A DNA stretch of 63,283 nt, filler included, from Reticulomyxa filosa (lineage: Eukaryota; Protista; Foraminifera), in assembly GCA_000512085.1 (NCBI GenBank). It is 19 parts of 19 records of this genome, joined end to end, with 100 filler letters (N's around TTAATTAATTAA, not from the genome) between each part and the next. Parts side by side here need not be neighbours in the genome. Positions count along the whole stretch, not along the records: positions 49,688 to 61,990 come from ASPP01003888.1; positions 62,091 to 63,283 come from ASPP01026033.1; 17 more parts are not named here. One strand, written 5' to 3'. Shown here piece by piece: positions 52,898 to 63,283 of the stretch. The notes beneath the pieces were generated by a model. The model was not told where the DNA came from and did not search any database. It worked only from the letters and a program-made list of their open reading frames with translations. The position numbers and the translations under genes were made by a program. How positions within the stretch are numbered: the first letter of the stretch is position 1; each line of letters opens with the position of its first letter.

Positions 52898-54272
52898 CTA
52901 AGCTGTTTCAAAGTTTTGTCTCCAATTGTTAACACCAGCATCATATAACGACACCTTCTCTGCACCAGCGATCATTAGGCCAAACAAATCTACTGCACCA
53001 GAGAGTCCTCTGTCACTGTAACAAATCAGCCGATCGACTTCCATGTCGATACCAGCTGCAATAAATCGATTACGAATGTCATGTACGCTTTCAAACATCG
53101 CATCGTCCATTATTTCATCTGACGGAATGTTGATAGCTCCGTCAATGTGATAATCTGTATTTTTTTTTTTTTGTATAATGCGTCGATTGATTTATTTGAG
53201 AAAAAAAAAAAGTACGAAGATAAAAAAAAACATACTTTTGTAAGCTGCAGGTGCTCTTGCATCAATGTAGTTCGAAGCCTTGTGCTCAACATCAAAAATC
53301 ATTTGCGTCGATTTGGTCAAAAGATAAGAGCGCTTTGGTTTCAAGTCCAAAGTGGCCCCTGGTTTTAAGACAATTTCTTGTTCGTCGATAGGTAGTCCTG
53401 ACGTTAACCATGCCTTCCATCCTCCATTGAGCACACGCACATTGCGAAACCCGAAATATCGCAAAACAAACCACATTCGACAGGACAACTTACCGTTCCC
53501 AACAGTGCAAAAAAAACACAAATAGCTCCGAAACTCATAAAACTACACTCTGCTGTGGAGGGAGCAAAAATACAGTTTAAAAAAAAAAAGATAGAAATAA
53601 CACCATCGCGGAGTTGTCGTACAAAATAATCTCAGAAGTATCATTGCTTAAACCCAAATTTTTCATCACATGATAGATTTCATCTTTTTTAAAAAAAAAA
53701 TAAATTATTGTTTACAATTTTTTGGCCCGTTTCTGCAAGAAGAAAAAAAAAATTGAGTATGTGCATTAAAATTTAATAACCTCTACTAATCCCACGATAA
53801 ACATCAACTGTCTTTGTGAAATCAAATTTTTCAACAGACAAGTTGACAGCACCTGGAATATGACCTCGATGATACCCTTGATGATGTGATAGATCGACCA
53901 CCAGTTGTTTGGAAATATCGCGAGGTTTTACTTTAATGTATATTCAGCAACAACAGTTATAGACGGCTCCTCTCAATTGTTGCTGTCGTTTTTATTCCTA
54001 ATTGGCTCTTTTCTTTTTTTTTAAAAAAAAACAAACATTCTGAGTATGTATAGTGCCAGGAGTGGTATTTAATACGGTTTCTATAATTTTGAGCTGCATA
54101 CAGGTCTGTCACATTTGCCAAACGGAAACTACGATCGACCAGCGTCCTTCGGGCTGTTCCAGTCAGATTCTCTTTATTTGCCAGAAAAACAACAAAAACA
54201 AAAATACTCACACGCATTGATCAGGACAAGATGACTCAAAAAATGTATCCTCTTACAATTCGTGGCTATCAT
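52898..54272 (-). CDS. Tandem-domain rhodanese / mercaptopyruvate sulfurtransferase-like protein
   Basis: YHRGHIPGAV, CRMWFVLRYFGFRNVRVLNGGWKAW, YIDARAP, HIDGAINIP, KVSLYDAGVNNW; start tentative. Confidence 0.85.
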
Positions 54273-54717
54273 AAATGCTATTAATTTTCCATTCAAAACT
54301 AAAGAATACCTTGCACAACTGCACTTTCTCAAAAAGTCTTTTTAGAGACAATCGCTGTCTTGGCTGCTTAAAATTTCTTTTTATTATCAAAAATGTGCAA
54401 AAAGTAAATAATTTTGGTATACTTTTTAGTGCACTGAAGTTTTAATAGGTAATGTACAACTTCCATTTTAAATAACAAAAAATTTGCTGTGTCTGTTTTC
54501 TCTGATTTGTGGTTTTGAAGTAGAGAAAAAACATAAGTTGTTAACACGAAATAAGCTGTAAAATATTCAATAAAAGTAAGTGTTTTTGGAAAAATGAAAC
54601 AGAACTTTGGTTTTTCTTAAGTTCAAGACACATAGTAAAAAAACTTCATTTTACCCTTTTTTTAACTTAATATTTGCTTTGTTTGCCCCAAAGCGCGTAT
54701 TTGTCAACAGAACAAAG

Positions 54718-55166
54718 ATGTCGATGAATCCAACCCCTTTTGGCCCAATGATGGGACGAGGATTGAGACCACAAACCCCACAAGAGCCTGTACGTTTAAA
54801 TTACACTTTTTTAACGAAAGAGTTACAAAATAAGAAATGATAGCACAACGAAAAATTTTTTGTGTTTGTTGGAATTTTATGGTAATTTTTTTTTTGGCCC
54901 CGAAAATTCAGGAAGAAACTAGTCTGTTCAGCCGATCTTATCAATCGTTGTCAGGAATTAGAACTCAATATGGTCCCTATCTTAATTATTTGGTTTATTA
55001 TGGATGGATTCCATTCGTGATCTATAAGGGTCTGCAGCATGGGAATCATAAGTATGTCTCAATGGATAAACAACAGCAAGGGGCTCAACCACAACAATAC
55101 CCACAAACGAGACCTGCACGATGGACTGATGTCATCCCAATCATTGGTAGCAATGGATTTCCATGA
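54718..55166 (+). CDS. TOM7: Mitochondrial outer membrane translocase subunit Tom7-like protein (2 exons)
   Basis: Single TM segment LNYLVYYGWIPFVIYKG matches the Tom7 signature (H/Y)YG(W/F)IPxVIYxG. Confidence 0.72.
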
Positions 55167-56457
55167 AAAGTAAAAAAATCAGTGCATTTCATGAAATATT
55201 GTACTGTTGTGTCAATTCCTTGCCATTTCTTGTCGTTCGATACTTACTGACGCTGTCAGTTTTTGTTACTCATCCTTTTTTTTATAAACACAAATTTTGG
55301 GGCTGGGCAAAGGAACATTTTTCTTCCTTTAGCGGCAGATTCAAGGGTGGAAGTTTTCATATTTCACTTTTTACTATTTTTTTTTACGCACTTGCTTCCA
55401 AAAAAAGTTACTACGCTTCACTTCTGTTAACATTCGCTTTAAAACTTAAACTTTGCTGATCACCTTTCGTAGCTATTTTTAAAGATTTCATTTTTTCAAA
55501 AAACAAACGAAGGAGGGTAAGGTGTTACTTAAGAATATTCTATGTGATTTAATTGTGCAAAGCGTTGTCATGTTTTCGTTCATTCAGAATCGTTGTTCCC
55601 AAATAAATGGTTTATTTTTGGATTCAGTTCCAATTTGAATGTTATGCACATTCAAATTTTCAAGATAAATAAAACTGTTTTCGTGTGTTACGTTTCTCAA
55701 ACAAAAAATGTTGTTATTTTCAGAAGTTGCTGGTAAATAAGGATGGGCAATTAGACAAACGTGACACGAAAGTAGCACCTTTTGAAAGAAATGTTCGTAA
55801 AAAATGAAAATGCTTGACAAAAAAAACAATACAAGAATCGAATTATTTATTGTACATAAGGATAACCGATTTTTTATGGAGAAATTTTAATCCAAATTTT
55901 TAAAAATATATCCACAAGTATTCAAATTTTTGAAACATTTAGGAAAGATATAATTAAAGACCAAAACTATATTTAAAAACTGCGTTGCTTATGTTTGAAA
56001 TTTAAATAAAAATTAAATCAAAAAATGATATTCTGTGGCTGCAATACTGGTAATGTGGATGGTATCTTTACAATAATTGCAATATACTTATTAAAATATA
56101 TTACAAGCAAAATAGATTCGACAAAGCTATTTTCTCTTTCATAAGATTAAAGAATATAATAACATTCTCGACTGTACTACTTTTTGAGCGACGTTGTGCT
56201 TGAATTTTTGAAATGAAAATTTACACTAAAAAAAACGAAATAAGACTATATTGACATTGACAGTACAAAGCATGGTAATACAGTCCTCAAAAGTGATTAA
56301 TATGAAAATATGCAACATTTGCATCAATTAGACAAAGAACAATAAAAAGAGTATGAGTGAACAACTCTATTAGAATGTGTAAGTGATGAATTTTTTAACC
56401 ACTATCCCCTCTGTCTCAATCTCCCTCCTGTCAGTTTTCACAATTTTCCAATTGTCA

Positions 56458-57478
56458 TCATAAATTACTATGATAAAATTCCTCAAACCAAAGAACAAGG
56501 ACAAGTATATACACAGCCAACATTAGGATTTTGATGGAATTGCGTGCCATTTTGAAGAAGACTTGTGTATTTTCAGTGGCTTTTAAGGTGAACCAGTCAT
56601 CGGACCATTGAGGAACAAATTCCCTCACAGCAATCATGCTAAAGGTCCATTCGTCGATGCCAAACACAAACACGTAAGCCAGCATATTGAGGATGATGTC
56701 CATAAATCCCTGCGCGCCATGGAGAGTGTTTTTAGTGCTGTAAATCAATGAAATGAAATAAGCCCAAGAGCCAAACAAGCCAAACAATATCTCCCAAACT
56801 TTGACCATTCCAGCATAGTTCCACCATCCAACACTTAATCAAACAAACAATATCAGGATTGTTATATATACATATGCATATGCATATATATATATATATA
56901 TATGTATATTTGTACATATATGCATATATGTATATGCATGCTTTTATTAACATAGTGAGATCTTGATGATTATGAAGATTAGCCATTTCGACTAAGGGTC
57001 GTCTCACTTCGTCATAAACAAAGATAAACCCAGCACCAAGTACTGCTGGCATTAAGAATGCCAACACTTCCAATGATTTTTCCGAAATGTCCTCTTCTGG
57101 GGGCGAGCTGTGACGTGATTTATGTATTAACAAGCCACATAAAAGGCCCACGGAACACAGCTGTGTTATCACTGCTATTATCAACCATGCGATTACTCGA
57201 CCTCGATCTTGAAATCGCATTGCATTCCAACGTGATGTGTGATAATACAATAGCAAAAAACCATTGTAAATGTTCGATTGCAATGTCAGCTCGCTTTTCT
57301 CGCTGTCACTGCTTCCTGCGTTTTCGTCGTTCTTCCCTTGTCTTTCCTCTTCTTCTAACTTACTTTTTAAAGCGGCTATTTCCGATTCTAACTTTAAAAC
57401 GCGCTCAAGTGAATCTTTGTCAGTTGACCACGAGGAAAGGGCTACTTCTTGACCTTCAGCTGTGGCCATTATTCCCAA
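56458..57478 (-). CDS. Multi-pass membrane protein of unknown function with an N-terminal coiled coil
   Basis: Two exons, several hydrophobic helices, DIILNMLAYVFVFGIDE motif. Confidence 0.6.
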
Positions 57479-57820
57479 CGTAAAAAAGGACCCTCTTGGT
57501 TAAAAGTTACAGGCAAATAATATACTAGCACAATTTTCAAACATTTTTAAAACGTTTCTTTTCCCATAACAAATCATTATACAACTTAATCTCCCAAGAG
57601 AAAATTGAGCACGTTTCCTGCATTTGTTAAACCAATAATTGAAGTTTACATTTACTTAACAGTTGTAGAAATATGTAAAAGTCACAAAGTAAAGTAGGGG
57701 AAAGTGGACCAAGTTTTAAAGTTTATTATGAGGGGCTTAATTTTTTTGAAGCAGTTAGATATTCCAGCTTCAGGATATCTGTTTAAGCATACTTTCAGGT
57801 TATTTCAATCATCTTTTGGA

Positions 57821-58886
57821 ATGGCGTGGTATTCTCATGGAAAAGACAATGATGACTTAGTAAACAGTCTGTTTAAAAATAAAATTATCAAGTCGAAGCG
57901 AGTTTGTGAGGCCATGAAAAAAGTAGACCGAGGTGACTTTGCACCAAGCAGTCCTTATATTGATGCTCCCCAAACAATTGGACACGGAGCAACCATTAGC
58001 GGTTAGGCAAGAAAAACAAAAAAAAGGGTGAAGGATAACCCAAAAAACAAGCAAATCTAACAATGTGTATTACAATCGTTTTCACATAAAAAAAAAAAAG
58101 CACCTCACATGCACGCCCACGCACTGGAAACATTGGAAGACAAACTACAAGAAGGCTGTGTTGCTTTGGATGTTGGATCAGGAAGTGGTTACCTTTGTGT
58201 TGCCATGGGTACGTGTTTTTTTTTTAGTGTGCCAATAGCAGAGAAATTGTAATAAAAAAAAGGGGGTATAACAAAGAATCAATACATAAATAACTCAAAG
58301 CGTACCTGGTCGGAGAAAAAGGCAAAGTTGTAGGAATTGAACATATAAAAGAATTAGTAGATTTATCTGTAAAAAATATTAACAAACATCACGCAGTTAA
58401 GTCGACGGTTGACGTTTTCTTTTGCTCTTTTTTCCCGCATAAAAAAAAAAATATATACAAAAAATACAAAGGATTTACTGAAATCAAAACGTATAACCAT
58501 TGGTATGTTTTTTTTTATGAATGAAAAGGGAAAGGATTAACAAAAATAAATCAGTAAATAACAAGTTTATATCTTTTTTTGTATTTAATTTTTATTTTTG
58601 GGGGAGAAAAGTGCACGGCGATGGTCGCAAAGGGTACAAAGAAGGGGGACCCTATGACTGCATACATGTCGGTGCTGCCGCACATCCTGACGTACCTCCA
58701 ATATTGTGTGAGCAATTGAAAGATGGAGGGATCATGGTCACGCCAGTTGAAACAAATTCAAAGTATGGAGAGCAAATCTTTCGAATCTACAAAAAAAAAG
58801 ACGGAAAAGTCGTTCATAAAGACTTACTGCCTGTCAGATATGTTCCTTTGACTGATGCTTCTAAACAAACAAAGTCCCACGAATAG
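57821..58886 (+). CDS. PCMT1: Protein-L-isoaspartate O-methyltransferase
   Basis: [29 protein letters not shown]|[40 protein letters not shown]. Confidence 0.95.
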
Positions 58887-59155
58887 ACAAAAGTCAATAA
58901 CAATCTCGTTTCAATTGTTTTTTGTTTGTAGTTTTTATTTTGTTTTTCTAGTTTTTTTGACCTATTTGCAAATTGAAAAAAAGTTCAAGAACAAAAGACA
59001 CAATATCCTTCTCAATTGTGAAAATAAGCTGAGAAAAAAAAAAGAATAAGGTACAGTATATTCTTACTACAAAGATCTTTTTAGGATTGCCCATAATCAA
59101 CATTTAATTCATTTTTAAAAGTTTATTGTCATTTAAAAAAAAGAAAAACTAACGG

Positions 59156-59971
59156 TCAAACTTGTGTTACTTTTAAAGTTTCTCCAAAAAGTTTTTTTCC
59201 GTCCAAATTTTGTTTTAATTTTTCAACACCAGCGATTGTGTTCAAATCATTTGAGTCCGATTGGACACAAACAATGCCAACTCTACCAACACCCAGTTTC
59301 TTAACAATGTCTATGCTGATCAATTGACAGGTGAGATTTAGTTTATCGATTATTTTTTGCAATACTTTGGTAAAATTTTCACGACTCACTTTGTCACTCA
59401 AACCAGTCAACTCAAAATTTGTTAATTGACAAGTACGAGGTTTTTTGCGAGATGGTCCATTTGTGTTGCTAGTCGATTCGTTGTCTTCTTTTATTTCACT
59501 GAGTGGTCGTTTTTTCTTTCCCATTTTTGATTTTTGTGTTATGGTTGTTTCCGCTTTCTTGTCCTTTTTTTGCGAAATTGCGGTGTCTTTTATCTTCGTC
59601 TCCTCTTTTTCAGGTACGTTCCCCCACAGTACATTGCTTGCGTCTTCAGGAGCTGTGATTTTTAAAACATTTGATCGCTGATTAGTTATTGGTTGCGTTT
59701 GATTTAATAATAAACTCTTTACGCTTATTATGTTTTGTTTTATTTTGTTGTTTTTTTTTTTCATTAAATTTACAAACAAAATTTAAAAAGTTCAATTTTG
59801 ATGAGGTTAGTGCTCTTACTATGCTGACGATTTTCCGTTTGTATCAATGATTGTGTTGAGGGGAACGACGGTTTCAGTCACACTTACTTTGTCTTTTACT
59901 TCCTTGTGGACATGTTTTATTTGTCGTTTGCCCGTCTTGCAACGAATGCTGGCCTTTCTGCGTTTGCCCAT
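59156..59971 (-). CDS. Basic nuclear/nucleolar protein with a C-terminal RRM-like domain
   Basis: NLS-like MGKRRK and KKKRP..RKKPR; FELTGLSDKVS..LDGKKLFGETLKV. Confidence 0.5.
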
Positions 59972-60336
59972 TCTGATCCTTTTTGAAACTGAATGTTACT
60001 TTTCTCTCCCGTCCCTGCAGTGCACGCTTAAACGTACATTTTATTTTTTGGTTGACGAAATAGCACTACTTGACTACATAGATCCAACAACGTTTGTATA
60101 CAAGATTTGAACATGTCTTTTGTTGCCGCGTTTTCTTTGACGTAATTATAAACATGTTTTGATAAATTTTATGTAGCTTTGGAGAGTCTTAGTTGTTTAC
60201 TAAAATAAGTAATTTTTTGATAATCACTTCTACTTCGTGCATGTTGAGAATTCTTGGCACCACTTGGAGTGGTTCATTGCAGTTTTTAGAAACTGTTGTT
60301 AAAAAAAAAGGCGAAAAATACAGGGAGAAGCGAGAT

Positions 60337-61990
60337 ATGTCACAATTGGAAGCAAACAGCCTCTTTTTGACAAATCACTTAAAAGATTGTGAAGGTAGGC
60401 TATCAGCACTACGAAATGAATTTCAGTCGCAGATCTTTCAAATCCATGAAGAGAGTGTTGACCAGTTTTCACAATTTTCACTTCGTGTACGAGATTTGTT
60501 GAACAACGCATGGATCCATTACCAAAGCGAAGTGCATTGGAATGAGCAACACATGATGGACGTCTTGCTATCAATGGAAAGCAATGACCGTAATGGTTCA
60601 ATAAGCACTGTTACAAAATACACAATATTTCGAAATTTTTTTTTTTTTGGATTGTAACGTATACGTCATTCACAAAACACTAACTACAATCATTTTTTTT
60701 TGGTCTACCCCTCCTCATCTTCTCCCTTTTTTTTTCCTTCCCCCTCTCCTTTTTGACTACGTTGTGTGAACTCAAAAAAAAAAAAAAACTTTGTGTGGAA
60801 TTGAACTTGAAAGCAGGAACTGAACGAAAAGCGTAAATTATTGCTGACGAATCAAAAAGAAAACGAGGAACGACTGCAACGTCGATTGAAAAAACTGCAC
60901 ACGTTAAGCATCCACGCGGTATCGCGGTATTGCGGAGAGTGCATCCAAAAGATATACGAATTGTGGCAAGAAAAGTTCAAAAGTGAATTTGTGCAACAAT
61001 GCCAACGAGCCGATATTACAATTAACCTGTTGCACTCGTATAGTCGCCATGGGTTTGGACCTGATCATTACAACAACAACAACAACAACAACGACAACAA
61101 TAATGGCGGTACCTGCACAAATAACATTGATGACAATGCTAATGCCAGCAACACTACTACCAATGCCATCACTACTACTACTATTAATCCAAATAGCAAT
61201 ATCATCAAAAACAATAGCACTAACCAAGGTGATAATAATAATAATGATAATGATAATAATAATAACACCAATACGAATAAAAACAATAAGAATAGAAACA
61301 CGATGGAGAACAATGGAAAGACAAAAGAAGATACGGACGCATGCATTAAAAAACTTTTCAAATGGTTTGGCGCAGAAGAGAGTAATGGTGCAAGCCATCC
61401 TTGCAATAGCCACGATGTGAAAGGCAACCTCAGCACAATGGTGACTGGTATCTTGAATGCAGTTATGAGCAGCGATCATCTCAAACGAAAAGGAGATCAG
61501 CAAATAGTGCCTGATAAAAGCAAGACCTTGTTCAAACGCGAAAGCAACGGCGACAACAACAACAACAACATCAATGATAATAATAATAATAATAACGATG
61601 ATGCCAATGACAAAACAGGGAACGACAATGATATTGATAATGATGCTGATGATAGTGCTTATGATAATGGAGGCGAGGATAATAGAAAACAAATTGCTAC
61701 CAATGTTGCAATGTTAAAGAACAATCATAAAAAGATTAAACAAGCAGCCTCTCGTACTACTCCATATTGGAAAAAAGAGCCGCAAAATCATGAGTCAAAA
61801 AATAAAAGAACATTCGCTCAAATGATGGCAGAAGAAATTGATACCAATCCATATGAATGTCCTTATTGTCCTGAAAAGTACAGCAGTGGATCAGAGCTCA
61901 GAGTTCATGAGTCTAAGAAACACAGCCATGTACTTCTTTTTAAAGTTGTTAGCACTTTTTTTCCTCCTTTTTTTTTTTTTTTTTTTTTTT
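60337..61990 (+). CDS. Asn-rich protein with a Sds3-like coiled-coil N-terminus and a C2H2 zinc finger; 3'-truncated
   Basis: YECPYCPEKYSSGSELRVHESKKH; poly-Asn tracts; the Sds3 resemblance is weak. Confidence 0.6.
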
Positions 61991-62399
61991 NNNNNNNNNN
62001 NNNNNNNNNNNNNNNNNNNNNNNNNNNNNNNNNNTTAATTAATTAANNNNNNNNNNNNNNNNNNNNNNNNNNNNNNNNNNNNNNNNNNNNATTTGATGTC
62101 ACTTCTCTATTTGGGAATCTCATTTATTAAAAGGGCATGATTGTTAATTTTTATTTATTATTTGTTGATTACAATTAAGTGAATATCTTTGTGATAAAAT
62201 AATGCGTCACTTTTGGAACTGAAATAAAGCCAAAAACAGGTTTCATAAACATCAACAAAATTTAATTAAGTTTTTTGGACATGAAATTTTTTATCCTACT
62301 TTATTCTGAATGTAAGGATAATTTGAATGAAATACGCAAAAATAAATGCACCTATCAAGAAAATATTTAAAGTAGATTTTATTTACACATAAATAAAAG

Positions 62400-62600
62400 T
62401 CAAAATATTCCACCACGTTTCATAACTAATTTCTCTTTCCAAACACTTCTTTACCATTTCATAAAACTTATCTATTACATCAATAGTTTTACTGTTATCA
62501 TGACTTCCATCGAATTATTCTATCATCACTAATTTTTGAACCATTGGGTGATAAATAAATGCTATTAATATATTTTATTATGTTCTTTTAATAATTTGAT
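62400..62600 (-). pseudogene. Degraded 3' remnant of the WD40/STAND-tail family seen at 41183
   Basis: Residual LSPNGSKI..DDRIIR and terminal KRGGIF* (compare QRGGNF*); similar sequence just past the stop. Confidence 0.6.
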
Positions 62601-62799
62601 CTGTATATTAAAGTAGTTTGGCAAGCCCCTTTATTGATAAAAAGTTCAAATTTTATCTCATCATCGTCAAAGAAAAACAAAAGTTCAAAAATAAGCAATC
62701 CTATCAGTAAAAAAGTAGTCTCAACGCAATTGCCAATGGTAAATTTCATTGCAACACCTCACAGAACTAGTTGTTTTTTAAGATTTGATTGTCTGTAAA

Positions 62800-63283
62800 T
62801 TAAGATAAATCTATCGGAAGAAGAAGAAATTAAAGTAGTTATTAAATATTGGATTCGAATATTAAACATTAAATTAGGATGGATCAATGATTTCGACAAA
62901 CTTGTTGTCAATTATGTTATGCCTTTTTGTTTTTTATTTTTCATTTAATATCGATTGGATGTTCAGATATGCATTTATTTCTATTTGACATAGGCTGCTA
63001 CAGTCTTCATGCTTAACACATTTTGTTCATCGTCTAAATTACTTAAGACTTTTTATGGGCATACAGATTTAGTGTGGAGTATTGACTATTCAATATTTGA
63101 TTGCGGTGAATTTATTTACTCTGGATCAGAAGACAGTACAGTTTGTGTATGGGATGTAGATACTAATAAGAAAATTCAATCATTTAATGGGCATTCAAGT
63201 TTTGTGTATTGTGTAAAGTTTTCACCATATCATTATTATAGTAATCGCTGTCACGTTGTTTGTTCTTCATCATTTGACAAAAC
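62800..63283 (+). CDS. WD40 protein of the expanded lineage-specific family; runs off the window
   Basis: VIKYWIRILNIKLGWINDFDKLVVNYV|..GHTDLVWSIDYS..SGSEDSTVCVWD..GHSSFVYCVKFS. Confidence 0.85.

Noticed and set aside
60904-61692. 262-aa Ile/Val-rich minus-strand ORF that looks like a membrane protein
   Set aside because: Antisense of AAT/AAC (Asn) repeats in the C2H2 gene
7154-62090. Regularly recurring TTAATTAATTAA flanked by N runs, resembling a repeat array or element
   Set aside because: Artificial six-frame-stop contig spacer; adjacency across it has no biological meaning

Overview
This window is not one contiguous locus. It is 19 short contigs joined by an artificial N44-TTAATTAATTAA-N44 linker that puts stop codons in all six frames. 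Eighteen contigs are AT-rich, intron-rich eukaryotic DNA in the standard genetic code. Their expanded WD40 families, pseudogene debris and intron style most resemble the foraminiferan Reticulomyxa filosa (inference). One contig (38526-39817) is GC-rich, intronless and bacterial: a TonB-dependent receptor 3' end, an intrinsic terminator and a LysE exporter. Recognisable eukaryotic genes are farnesyltransferase beta, a Deltex-type E3 ligase (2xWWE, split RING, DTC), a CaMK-like kinase, a REJ/GPS polycystin-like protein, an MFS transporter, a Rad21/Rec8 kleisin, kinesin-14, an LRR protein, a GT8 glycosyltransferase, mitochondrial DnaJ, a rhodanese, Tom7, PCMT, an RRM-like protein and a C2H2 protein. 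The most notable signal is a multi-copy eukaryotic family (41183-44115, with relatives at 13740-15014 and 62400-62600). It joins a Cys-rich Zn-binding domain and a RelA/SpoT-like (alarmone synthetase-type) nucleotidyltransferase domain to highly self-similar WD40 repeats and a STAND/NLR-type C-terminal tail. This is a candidate NLR-like receptor with a nucleotide-signalling or toxin effector. The copy here is damaged by an apparent internal deletion and a frameshift. Exon boundaries were placed by eye and are approximate; no database searches were run.
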